Positions 40,262 through 53,201 of a stretch of 64,000 bases of DNA are shown piece after piece. Source of the stretch: Octopus bimaculoides (Eukaryota); assembly GCF_001194135.2 (NCBI RefSeq), contig NC_068990.1:13076040-13140039 (forward strand), given 5' to 3'. Both the position numbers and the translations under genes were made by a program. The stretch's first letter is position 1; each line of letters begins with the position of its first letter. Under the pieces are notes generated by a model that did not search any database, was not told where the DNA came from, and saw only the letters and a program-made list of their open reading frames with translations.

Positions 40262-40640
40262 TGAACTTTTATTGCTGAATAAAAACTTGTTCCATTGTAT
40301 GTAAAAGCAACAATTTTAAGATGTAAACAATAATGAATATTTTTGTGTTAAAATCTCAAAGGAATTTGTGGTCCTTCCATTGACATCAACTGAACCAAAT
40401 CACACAGGTGACACACACCCAGAAATATCCTATCATTGCAACATGTGAAATATACTGTTATGAGCTCAACTATTTTGATGCCAATCTTCATGAGAGTATC
40501 TCTGATTCTTTGCCAGAAAAGAGTTTGCTTTTTATGTGCTCGTATTTAACATGATATAAATAAGTGTAAAAGATAGTTGTTTTATTAAACGCAGATAAAT
40601 TTTTGATTATTTAAAAAATTTATTGAAACACCTAAGTAAT

Positions 40641-40716
40641 GTATTTTGTGAGACATATGGTATTTTGTGAGACATATGGTATTTTGTGAGACATATGGTA
40701 TTTTATGAGATGTATG
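40641..40716. repeat. 19-bp tandem repeat gtattttgtgagacatatg x4 (last unit degenerate)
   Basis: Units start at 40641, 40660, 40679 and 40698. Confidence 0.9.
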
Positions 40717-41809
40717 AGTTAAACTTTATTTAAGCAAGATACCAACACTTACTCCAGTCTTTTTCTATACAAATAAGTTTCAGTAAGAATAGGAAAGGAA
40801 TGCAAATGTACAAATACTTGTTCCAATAATCTGTAAATATTCAACAAGGAAAGCCCATCCTACTCATGCTATCATAAGAAAGAGAAAAATTGAGTTGCTG
40901 ATTCTACTTGTATGTGACACAATGGTTATCAAGAATTTTTTTTTTGCGTTCCTAGTTTACTTAAAATAAAAGTAAAAGAACTGGAAAAAAATTTAGTTTC
41001 ATACTGAAACTATAAAAATCTAAAATAACGTTAGATATATCCTTCACCAGAGCCAGAAGGAAAAGAAATCACTAAGAAAAGAAAATAGACAGAATATTTT
41101 TGTGTGTAAAGCCTCAAAGCCCCTTATATCACACTATTATCATGTTCATGGATATCAGAATTTGGAGCAAATGTAATTTACTATGATTTTACAACAGTGG
41201 AATATACAACAGCAGAACAAATAAAATATATTCAACTTTTTTTTCTAATTGTAGATACAGATCTGCCAACTTATTTTTTGCATTTCTGCTTCTAGTCATG
41301 CTAAAATACTGCTTTTAAATTCCAGCTTTAAACATTAAAATGAATGCTTATGTATGTGTGTGTGTGTCTGGTGCCCATATATGTATTCACTCAATTCTCT
41401 TTATATATTTATTGCATTAGAAAATCAGCTTTAATACTCCCAACTCCTTTCTACTGCATTTTATTTTATTTTTCATTTTTCAAACTCTATGATGTAGTCA
41501 TGGCTGTGTTGCTAAAATGTTTGCTTCACAATCTCATAGTTCCAGATTTTGTCCTACACCATACATTTTCGAATACAGCTTTGCTTAGATTCATGCACTT
41601 TGCGTGAAATTAAGTAGAAGGAGGCTATGTAGAATCCTATCGGATTAACTGTACCATTTCATATGGGAGTAGACCTAACTTGTCACCCTGTTTAACACCA
41701 CTACCTACCATATTTTCAGAGGGATTTGCATGGCTATTTGCATCTAGTTGTGGGGAAAAGGGGCAGGAAGAGAAAGAGAAACAGAAAATGATCAGGCACA
41801 GGAACGGAT

Positions 41810-42100
41810 GTGTGGTTAATAAGCTCACTTTATGACAATGGAATTTTGGGTTCAGTCACACTGTTCAGCACCTTGGGCAATGTGTCCCTACTATAACCCC
41901 AGACCAACCAATGGATTATGAGTGAAATTGGTAAAGGAAAACGGTGTGGAAGTCCATCATACATGTGTATGTCTGTTTGTATTTGTTCCATCCCTTCCTC
42001 GCAATTGACAACTGGTGTTGCTTCATTTACATTCCTGTAACTTAGCGGCGCAGCAAAAGGCACTGATAAAATAAATACGATACTTTAAGAACGCAAGTAC
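41810..42100 (-). mobile_element. SINE family A, degenerate and rearranged
   Basis: ttgggttcagtcacactgttcagcaccttgggcaatgtgtccc...gcaattgacaactggtgttg motifs. These read in the + sense, so the orientation call is weak. Confidence 0.45.
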
Positions 42101-42173
42101 AAGAGTTCAGCTGTTTAACTAAACCCTTCAAGATTTGGTTGACAGAAACTGACCAAAGCCTGTTATACATACA

Positions 42174-42222
<49 letters not shown>

Positions 42223-43183
42223 GCGAGTAAAAATAAATACAAAAAAGGTGGTTTTTTTGTATGATTGTGTATAGAGGAATATATTATTTTGTTTAAAAGA
42301 GTTCCAACACTGTCTGTTTTTTATGTTTTATTTATATTCCTGCAGAACCAATGTGGGGTATAGAATATGGAATATACAAAATATAATATAAAATTTAAAA
42401 AAATAAAAATGGATGGCACCATGAAATAAAGTATTGAATTTAGATGAAATATTGAGTGTTCAATATAAAGGATCAAATATNNNNNNNNNNNNNNNNNNNN
42501 NNNNNNNNNNNNNNNNNNNNNNNNNNNNNNNNNNNNNNNNNNNNNNNNNNNNNNNNNNNNNNNNNNNNNNNNNNNNNNNNNNNNNNNNNNNNNNNNNNNN
42601 NNNNNNNNNNNNNNNNNNNNNNNNNNNNNNNNNNNNNNNNNNNNNNNNNNNNNNNNNNNNNNNNNNNNNNNNNNNNNNNNNNNNNNNNNNNNNNNNNNNN
42701 NNNNNNNNNNNNNNNNNNNNNNNNNNNNNNNNNNNNNNNNNNNNNNNNNNNNNNNNNNNNNNNNNNNNNNNNNNNNNNNNNNNNNNNNNNNNNNNNNNNN
42801 NNNNNNNNNNNNNNNNNNNNNNNNNNNNNNNNNNNNNNNNNNNNNNNNNNNNNNNNNNNNNNNNNNNNNNNNNNNNNNNNNNNNNNNNNNNNNNNNNNNN
42901 NNNNNNNNNNNNNNNNNNNNNNNNNNNNNNNNNNNNNNNNNNNNNNNNNNNNNNNNNNNNNNNNNNNNNNNNNNNNNNNNNNNNNNNNNNNNNNNNNNNN
43001 NNNNNNNNNNNNNNNNNNNNNNNNNNNNNNNNNNNNNNNNNNNNNNNNNNNNNNNNNNNNNNNNNNNNNNNNNNNNNNNNNNNNNNNNNNNNNNNNNNNN
43101 NNNNNNNNNNNNNNNNNNNNNNNNNNNNNNNNNNNNNNNNNNNNNNNNNNNNNNNNNNNNNNNNNNNNNNNNNNNNNNNNNNN

Positions 43184-43217
<34 letters not shown>

Positions 43218-43377
43218 AAAAAATAACGTCGACCACTAACGTGGACAATTAATGCGCTAGAAATAGATCACATCTTGTGTCTATTAAGACCTAAATTGTT
43301 CTCAACATGAAATGTAGCAGCATACCAAAACGTGAGCGGGCAAGACATTTAAAATCACCTAAAAAAGCATTCTTAAA

Positions 43378-43435
43378 CAGGAACCGGTTTCGGATTTAAC
43401 ACATTCTTACCATTTGTCTATTCCTCATCAGCCTG
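43378..43435 (-). ncRNA. Type I hammerhead ribozyme motif with intact core
   Basis: Minus strand reads CAGG CTGATGA GGA-27 nt-TCC GAAA C CG G TT CCTG. Stem I CAGG/CCTG, G10.1-C11.1 closing pair, palindrome AACCGGTT in stem III, GUU triplet. Predicted cut between 43382 and 43381. Confidence 0.75.
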
Positions 43436-43515
43436 ATTTGTAATGTAACCATAATCATCAGAATCGTATACAGAGTTGCCCAGGCAGACAGACAGACAGA
43501 TAGTTAGATAGATAA

Positions 43516-43570
<55 letters not shown>

Positions 43571-44014
43571 TACTATAACTTTTTTGCTAATATTGATTGA
43601 AAGATCAAGTGAAGCATTATTCAAATAGAACTTGATGCCTGATGTGCAATTATGTGGAATCACTAATTCACTAGCAGAATATAGGTATCCAATATCTTTA
43701 TTAATGCCAATTCCATATGATTGTTTCAATGTCACACAAATATGGTTAGTGTATTTGTAGCTTTTCATCTGTTGGGGACCGTCATCATATTTAGTCTAAA
43801 TGTGTGAATAGGTGTGCATGTGTGTGTGTGTGTGTGTGCACGTGCACATGCACACAGAACTTACTTATAAGCAATCTCTTATGTAGAGAATGTAGAAATC
43901 GTTAGACATGTTTGCAAAGCTCTTTCTGTACCTGAATTTTGAAATTTTATTAATGCATATATCTCGTTTTTATTGGAAGGGGCTTTGATATTGTATGAAC
44001 ATTTCTATGCATAT

Positions 44015-44068
<54 letters not shown>

Positions 44069-44219
44069 NNNNNNNNNNNNNNNNNNNNNNNNNNNNNNNN
44101 NNNNNNNNNNNNNNNNNNNNNNNNNNNNNNNNNNNNNNNNNNNNNNNNNNNNNNNNNNNNNNNNNNNNNNNNNNNNNNNNNNNNNNNNNNNNNNNNNNNN
44201 NNNNNNNNNNNNNNNNNNN

Positions 44220-44282
<63 letters not shown>

Positions 44283-45384
44283 CTTATATATATATGTACA
44301 CACACATGCACATATATATATATACATATATGCATATAGATATATATATATATTTATATTTATATATATAGATGCATATATACATATATATACATATATG
44401 TGTGTGTGTTAAGAAAATAAATGTGTGTGTGTGTGTATGTGTGTGCTAAGAATCTCACAAGTGCTATTGCAAAAGTCTCATGTGGATTGTTAAGCTACAG
44501 AGTAAAGCTGCGAAGGTTATGATGCTCATACAGTAGAGGAGATCAACAATGAGCAGACTGGCTTCTAAAAGCTAATTGATGCCAGTGCGTTGAAAAGATA
44601 ATGCTAATGGTAAGAGAATAGCTGTTTGTTCTATGTGATCAACATTTGCAATATATAGGTAATTCATGGAATCAGTAATGTAGCCTTCTTGAACTTAAGC
44701 TGCTTTTAATAGCATTTCTAAACTTAACCACAAATGGCAAACGAAAGTGACAAGCTTATTTAAAGGAAGTGAAGAAGATGGAGGTTTGGAGCAAGCTAAC
44801 GAATGAAAGAACTGGAAGTGGAAGTAATTAAGAATAAATGCTCAAATGGCTTACTTGAATTTACTTGTCCAAGAATTTGATAATGAACTTAAACCGCGGC
44901 ATCAGTTCATATATGTAAGTTTAGGTTGTTTAAGTACTGTATGAATGAAAGAAAGTATTTTTCTTTAGCTATTGGCTTCATTCATACTTCCTATTAATGT
45001 AATTTCAAAGCTTCTATTGCATTCATAGAATTATAAGTTCAAAACTTTAGTATGTATGAGTACATGCATGTATGCATTTCATCATTTAATTTAGCAAAGC
45101 AAAGGAAAATAGAGAAGTGAATGGTTAATTGTGTGTACATGTGTGTGTGTGTGGTGATTTGCAAGTGTTATCATGTACAAAATAAGAGTGCTCAATATCT
45201 ATTGTAGAGCGGAATATTTGATGTGTAGTAGTAATCATAATTGACAGTAACTCAATTACAGTTGTTATAGCACTATACACTTCCCTGACAAACGCATTCA
45301 TATTCATATAGGTTGAAATGTCCAATCCATGCCAGCATGGAAAAAGGGGTTTTAAATGATGATGATCTCTCACACACAAAAACG

Positions 45385-45760
45385 CACTTCTTCCAGGGCA
45401 ACCTACTGGGAGCTACAGACTAAATCTATAGCTGCAGCAAAGTTCCAGTTTGAATAAAGGTGATTTGGTGGTGGAGCAGTGAAATAGACAGGCAGACAGG
45501 TTTGGAAGGGTCTGAAGAATGGAGGCAACAAAGAACTATACCAGATAGCTTGAACAGAAGCTAGGCAACAGGTTTATCTAGCATAAGGAAAAACAGAAAA
45601 GAAGCTTGTCAATGTTCTGCAGCATGATGACCAGAGACATGAGATACTTTGGATTGCCAAGCTGTATATCAGAGAAAATTACGATGTTAAGGTGTAGAAG
45701 CTTGTATAGATGGATAATTTTGTCCACTAACACTTCAGGATTCTGGTCCACCATTCAGAT
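45385..45760 (+). mobile_element. Non-LTR (RTE-like) ORF2 linker fossil
   Basis: KVIWWWSSEIDRQ, then a frameshift, then VWKGLKNGGNKELYQIA*TEARQQVYLA*GKTEKKLVNVLQ. Resembles the WW..E....R.AWK region upstream of RT. Confidence 0.55.
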
Positions 45761-45899
45761 TTAACATTGGAAAGACGCTTTCTCCCATTCAGTTTCCATA
45801 ATTATCCATCTTTATTAAGTAAGGAAGCAGACAAGATGTTAATCCCTTCCAATAAATGACCTTGCTCAATATGTATAAGAGATTAGTAGAAATTCCAAT

Positions 45900-46335
45900 A
45901 AGATTCTGCAATAAGCATACCATATAACTTTTCATATCTTTTTTCAATTTTTTGGTATTTCCCAAAAAATTTTGCACATTTGTATTCTACATACAGGAAT
46001 TCATATGACTATGAGAAAAAAGTTTTTTTAAAAATTACTTTTTAACATATAGACAGTCCAAATTTTAGGCTTAAATCCAAGCTATAAATTTATGACGAGA
46101 AACATATTGGAAAACATCAATATGTCAGACTGACAAATGAGGTGGGAATGAGGTGGTCGAGAGATGTGCTAAAAATAACAGGTAAATAGCCCTTAAATCA
46201 CAAACTAAAATTTTTTTATATTCAGGTTTTTGCATAATTGTATTAATTCTTGTGTGTAGAACACAAATTCATGAAAATTTTCTGAAAATTCCAAAAAATA
46301 AAAAGTTATATGGGGTGCTTAAAGCAGAATTCCGT
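45900..46335. mobile_element. Degenerate MITE-like inverted repeat
   Basis: attctgcaataagcataccatataactttt vs reverse complement of aaaaagttatatggggtgcttaaagcagaat. Confidence 0.4.
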
Positions 46336-47019
46336 CAAAATTCCATACAATGTACTCAGGTCAAACTGTAGACACACAGGATGTGCAGTAAATTCACAGG
46401 AAGGTTAACAAAGAAAGTTGATTTTGTAGCAGGTGCATAGTTGCAATGAACACTAAGAACACATGGTAAATAGATTTAGATTTTCTCAAATCACATCACT
46501 AATATCTCACAGCTACAGGATAACGTATGATTAATTCAAAACAATATGAATAAATAAGGATTTCATTGGACAGAATAATCTGAATGCTAAAGGGTTAAAG
46601 TTCCTTTAATATCACTTCCATGATCATCAAAATTCTGAGATCAGCTTTCATCAGCTCTTTAGTTTTCCTCTTCTGTATGTTCTTTCCACTTGGATCACAT
46701 GGATTCTTCATTATCCAACATAGAATATCTTAATTATATATATTTCACCATGCCTTGAAACACTGTGGCTTAGGAAGAGCCAGCACTGTTTTTAGACATT
46801 TGTACACTGTGCAGTTGCCCTGCAGTTCCACAAATCTAATGGTCCAATTCTGATCTATGTTTGCTGTCTTATAGAGGAGGTTGATTTTGTGTCAAGGTGC
46901 GTAGGAGCAGTAAACACTAAGAAAACATGGTAAATAGATTTAGATTTTTTCAAATTCCCGGAAGAATTCTTAGAGGAAGTAAATATTTCTGTTACCTAGA
47001 AGACTTGTCTTACTATCAA

Positions 47020-47248
47020 TTAACCCTTTCGTTACTGTATTTATTTTGAGATGCTCTGTGTTTCTTTCAATTACTTTAAATATAACAAAGAATTTAGTAA
47101 AATAACTTAGTTATCATTCAACTAGTGTTAGGAAGACAAATTGTGACTAAGGTTTGGTGGAAGATTTTTATTTCAAAACTTATGGAAACAAGACATGTGT
47201 ACTCAGAGCAAGAGCCAGTTTCAGCCGAGCTGGTAACGAAAGGGTTAA
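47020..47248. mobile_element. piggyBac-type MITE
   Basis: TTAA-ccctttcgttac ... gtaacgaaaggg-TTAA: perfect 12-bp TIR with TTAA duplication. Confidence 0.85.
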
Positions 47249-48509
47249 TAGATATTATAGGTCCCAATGCATTGATTTGTCCAGGGGTCCTATAATGCAG
47301 CTAAGACAACCATAGGAGAAATATCAGATGAACTCATTTCAGTGTCTTTACGGTTCATCAAGGTCAGCTTACCTCCCAATTCTCAAAATTGTGAAATAAA
47401 TTAGTAGAAAGCTACATAATACATTCTTGTAGGCAGGGTAGTCACATAAGTCAGTGGTCTGTGCATCAAAAGGGACTCTCAGACTTTATAGATTGTATCT
47501 GGAAAAGTCAACTTGAAAGAAGCCATCCATTGCAAAGCCATACATACCAAAAGGAATACTTGAACTCACTATTGTAAACTAATAAAACATCAATTTTAAT
47601 GTCTGATACTGATTATAATTATAGAGGTCAGCTATTCAATGTGAGATAATTATTTAAAGCTATGTTGATTGAGCTACTTGAGAGTTAAGTGTCTTAGCCA
47701 CAGAAATTGTGCAGTTGTAATGACAGGATACAAACTGAAATTCTCTTGCTGGTTATTAAATATACAATTGACTTGGCCATTTGGAGTTATTCTCTGCTTA
47801 TTGCAATATAGTAAAGTCTCTCAGAATACTAACTCTTGTTCTCTCCCCCCCTCTCTCTCTCTCTCTTGCTCTCTCTTTCTCTCTTTCTCTCCAACATGTT
47901 CATGTTTAATCACACATATATGACTGGATACTTATAATGTATGTGTCTGTATGCATGAATGTTTATGTATGCATACACTTCTAAACATATTAAAGCCAGT
48001 ATATTTATGTGTGTGTGTATGTGTGTTATCATTGCTTAACATCTGTTTTCCATGCTGTCATGGGTTGGGCATTTCAATAGGTAGCAATGAGCCAAAGGAT
48101 TGTGCTGAGCTCCAGTGTCTGCTTTGGCAAGTTTTCTACAGTTTGAAGTCCTTCCTAATGCTAACCACTTTAAAGAGCATACTGGGTGCCTTTCTTTGTG
48201 GCACTAGCACTAGTGAGGTCACCGAGTACCTCACAAGACAATACCCTTCAACTGAAGGGGTGAGGTAGTATTGAGGGAGGAGGCTCGATGCCAGATGCTG
48301 GAAGGATAAAGACAGATGTGTTGCTGGAGAGGAGATACATGGTGCCCTCAGCTGGAAAGAGAGAAAGGAGATGATGAGGGCATAAGAGATGGAATATACA
48401 TAAAGAATCAGAAGAGTGGGTGGGTAGGTAAGTCTGTGAGAGTATGAAAGGAGAATGACAAATGGTTATAGATCATTGCAGGGATCAGGGTACATGGATG
48501 TAATACTCC

Positions 48510-48704
48510 TTTACTTGTTTCAGTCATTTGACTGTGGCCATGCTAGAGCATCACCTTTAGTCGAGCAAATCGACTTCAGGACTTATTCTTTGTAAGTCTA
48601 GTACTTATTCTATCGGTCTCTTTTGCCGAACCGCTAAGTTACTGGGACATAAACACACCCAGCATCAGTTGTCAAGCAATGTTGGAAGGACAAACACAGA
48701 CACA

Positions 48705-48762
<58 letters not shown>

Positions 48763-48957
48763 CACACACATATATATATATATATATATACATATATACG
48801 ACGGGCTTCTTTCAGTTTCTGTCTACCAAATCCACTCACAAGGCTTTGGTCGGCCTGAGGCTCTAGTAGAAGACACTTGCCCAAGGTACCACGCAGTGGG
48901 ACTGAACCCGGAACCATGTGGTCGGTAAGCAAGCTACTTACCACACAGCCACTCTTG
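48510..48957 (-). mobile_element. SINE family A, full length
   Basis: Reverse complement of all modules. Confidence 0.9.
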
Positions 48958-50159
48958 CACCTGTATTGTATAACAGAATTGGTGATGTTATTTATTTTAT
49001 GCATAGGCTCTTTTCATAGCAATCCACCTGAGAATACCTCTGATTTTGAGATAAAACTTCTCATTTTAAAATGTCCATGCTTAAATTAAACCCTTTCTTC
49101 ATAACTTTATGTATGGTTCTGTAATGAATTTAAGAATCAAAGGTTATGTTCCATAATGTATTCCCAGATAGGAATATGTCTGAAAAAGACAAGATGGTTT
49201 CAATTGAAAGGCCTTTAATCATAAATATTCTTGAACAGTATTGACCTGGTGTCTACACAACAACAACAATACTTCTCATTGCCAATAAACTATTTTTACT
49301 ATAGTTATTTATTAGTATCATTTTTAGTTGATGATAATAATTTATGCTGTAATTTTCTGAGATATCAATTCATCTTTTGTTTGTTAAATTTCGGTATATG
49401 TAAATCACTGTCATATTTTATTTATTTTTCCAAATTATATTCTTCACTTATCTCCAACCGAAAAATCACTAAAATATTCGAAATATTTTATGTGACATAG
49501 GCAGAATATATTGAAACTTCTTTGCTTTACAGTACTATGTTTAAAAACTTCTGTCATATCATTCCAGTTTGTTCAGGTGTGGTGAAATATATTTTCTCTG
49601 TAAAGAACATCCTCTTTTTGGACATCTACAGTGATTTTATTTCATTCTACTCAATTATGCAATGACAAAATTGAGAAAAATGTACAACTTGCTAGAAATC
49701 AAATATTGCCAGAAGGCACAAGGAATGTCCCTGCCAACAGCAGAGAAAGTAAATATGAAAATAAATAAATACACGAAGATTAAGTGTGAGTCTCTCAGTT
49801 TAAACAAGTGCAGTGTGACATTAGCAGTAGCTATAGTGAGAACCCTGGAAACATGTGTTAGTCTGCTTCCAGCAAATCTCAATTCAGCAGACAACCATTT
49901 CCATGCAGGATTTGTTTTGCTATGTCTATTGAGAAATGTCAAAGTCAGTTTCTTAAAGGAATCAGTTCAAATATTGAAATGTGCTGTTTCTCATCCTCAT
50001 CTGTATTTAGACTGATCAGCTGGAGGCTGAAAGAATAATGACTCAGTATTATACACTACCTAAATTGGAATTAATGCAAAATTGTCTTTATAGGGAATTA
50101 TAAATAATTGAATGTATCTAATTTTGACTCATTGCTATATACCCTAAAATATTACACTG

Positions 50160-50745
50160 GATGCATTGGAAGAAGTTTGCTTCCCAAGCATATGGTTCCA
50201 GATTCAGCCCCACTACATGGCACTTTGAGTAAATGTCATCTACAATAGCTTTGGGCCGACCAAAACATTGTGAATGGATTTGGACAGAAACTCAAAGAAG
50301 CTCGTTATATATATATATGTATATATATATATATGGAGAGTGGTCACCATTTCCCCTTCTATGTTGGTTGTCTCTGATGAGTGTATACTATATAACTGGT
50401 TTGTTGCCTAACACTCCATTATATAATTTCACACAAAACTGATTGGTAAGACCAGCCATGATGGATAATTAACTCTATAAAATTCAGACAATACACACAC
50501 ACACACACACACACACAATGTGTGTGTGTGTGTGTCTGGGTCTGTGTTTGTGCCCCACCATTGCTTGACAACTGGTATTGATATATTTACATTCCCTGTA
50601 ACTTAGTGGTTCAGCACAACATGTTGATAAAATAAGAATAAGCTTTAAAAAAAAATAAGTACTGACATTGATTCCTTTGACTAAAAATTCTTCAAGATGG
50701 TGCTGCAGCATGGCCACAAACTATGACTGAAATAAATAAAAGATA
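50160..50745 (+). mobile_element. SINE family A with an insertion in the linker
   Basis: Left monomer about 50160-50310, right monomer about 50530-50745. Confidence 0.7.
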
Positions 50746-51085
50746 AAGAGATTTCACTGTTTTCAAAGAAACTCAGGTCTTGGTGTAGGTCAATTTCTAG
50801 AAGAGGAACTGACTTGAAGTAGAATATAGTTACTGTCATAATCATACATATGTACACAAAAAACTTGCATATACATGCATGCACACACATATATGTGTGC
50901 ATTCTTACATATACATGCTTGCACACACACTTATATGTGCATTCAAAATCATGTATGTGTATATGTATATAATCATAACAGGGATTATAAAATAAGTCGA
51001 AAAATATAGATATTTATAGATACATAAGTATATATAAATTGTAAATCCAAAAGAAAAAAATAACAACAAAACTACAAAGGATTCC

Positions 51086-51428
51086 GCGGTACACGTGTTT
51101 CAAGCTCTACATGTGTATAATATAATATAACATAACATAATATGTGTATAATCTACAATGTATCGTCGCAAGGTATGGAAGGTTTTCGAAGGACCGGAGA
51201 GATTATGTCTGGGTGGAGAATTATAACAGATATAGTACTATACAAAATACCGAAAGGATCTTCACCTCTTACATCACACATTTCCTCTTACTTCAACGTC
51301 GAGATGGTATAATTTCCTGGGAGAGAGATAATTTTTGCGGCTGAAGATAGCTTTACATTGTAGATTATACACATATTATGTTATGTTATATTATATTATG
51401 TTATATTATATTATACACATGTAGAGCT
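51086..51428. mobile_element. Foldback Penelope-end-like element with a hammerhead motif split across both strands
   Basis: Inverted repeat 51103-51162 / 51354-51428 (identical except a 15-bp duplication in the right arm). 5' half GCGG CTGAAGA T AGCT on + at 51337. 3' half AGCT T GAAAC ACGT GTA CCGC on - ending at 51086. Confidence 0.7.
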
Positions 51429-51614
51429 ACGTAAATATATATATGTATGTATTGCATCACTTATAATAGCTGTGATCACTTGGGAACCACATGCTTACTA
51501 TATATTTACAGATGTGTGTGTATCTATGTATATGTATATATGCATATATGCACATATATATATATACATACACACACACATGCCAGCATAGAAGGCAGAC
51601 ATTAAATGATGATG

Positions 51615-51662
<48 letters not shown>

Positions 51663-52454
51663 NNNNNNNNNNNNNNNNNNNNNNNNNNNNNNNNNNNNNN
51701 NNNNNNNNNNNNNNNNNNNNNNNNNNNNNNNNNNNNNNNNNNNNNNNNNNNNNNNNNNNNNNNNNNNNNNNNNNNNNNNNNNNNNNNNNNNNNNNNNNNN
51801 NNNNNNNNNNNNNNNNNNNNNNNNNNNNNNNNNNNNNNNNNNNNNNNNNNNNNNNNNNNNNNNNNNNNNNNNNNNNNNNNNNNNNNNNNNNNNNNNNNNN
51901 NNNNNNNNNNNNNNNNNNNNNNNNNNNNNNNNNNNNNNNNNNNNNNNNNNNNNNNNNNNNNNNNNNNNNNNNNNNNNNNNNNNNNNNNNNNNNNNNNNNN
52001 NNNNNNNNNNNNNNNNNNNNNNNNNNNNNNNNNNNNNNNNNNNNNNNNNNNNNNNNNNNNNNNNNNNNNNNNNNNNNNNNNNNNNNNNNNNNNNNNNNNN
52101 NNNNNNNNNNNNNNNNNNNNNNNNNNNNNNNNNNNNNNNNNNNNNNNNNNNNNNNNNNNNNNNNNNNNNNNNNNNNNNNNNNNNNNNNNNNNNNNNNNNN
52201 NNNNNNNNNNNNNNNNNNNNNNNNNNNNNNNNNNNNNNNNNNNNNNNNNNNNNNNNNNNNNNNNNNNNNNNNNNNNNNNNNNNNNNNNNNNNNNNNNNNN
52301 NNNNNNNNNNNNNNNNNNNNNNNNNNNNNNNNNNNNNNNNNNNNNNNNNNNNNNNNNNNNNNNTGGCAACGGCCACGATTTATATATATGTATATATATA
52401 TAAATATATATATGTATTTAAACACTTATATATACACACACACACACACACACA

Positions 52455-52524
<70 letters not shown>

Positions 52525-52935
52525 TGTGTGTGTGCATGTACTCATGCACACAATTTTTATTCTTTTGCTGATTTTTTTGTCATAGACTGTAAACATGCTG
52601 AGATGCTGCCATAAAGGGTTTCGGTAGATTATATCGTCTGCTACATATTCTATTGATTTTGTGTTGGGGGACCTTGGCGTAAAGTGACATCACTCAGACA
52701 GAACTAAATACTGAAAGATATTTTCTTTTGAAGCACTGATTTTGTTTATCCCTCACTGATATATACAGACATTTCTCCTTCTCCCTCTCTCTCCCTTTGT
52801 ATGTGTGTGTATATATTCACGTGTGTGTGTGTGTGTGTGTATGTATATAGTTTTATATATATATGTATATATATATTTATATTTGCATACATTCGTATAC
52901 ACATACAGACACACCTGCACATGCACACACATGTA

Positions 52936-52983
<48 letters not shown>

Positions 52984-53201
52984 TGTTTATATGAAAGGGA
53001 TATAGATATAATAATAGATATGCTGTATATGTATAGACATGAATCTATGCTCATATACTTACATATCTTTATATAGTTTTTATTTATATATATAAGCAGG
53101 TATATATGCTTATATACATGCGTGTGAATGTGTGTGAAAATATATAATTATAAGCATATATACATGTATGTATGTGTGTATACATACACACACACACATA
53201 C

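Noticed and set aside
49655-50015. Overlapping 117-aa (+) and 95-aa (-) ORFs in unique DNA
   Set aside because: No recognisable domain, and the length is within chance expectation.
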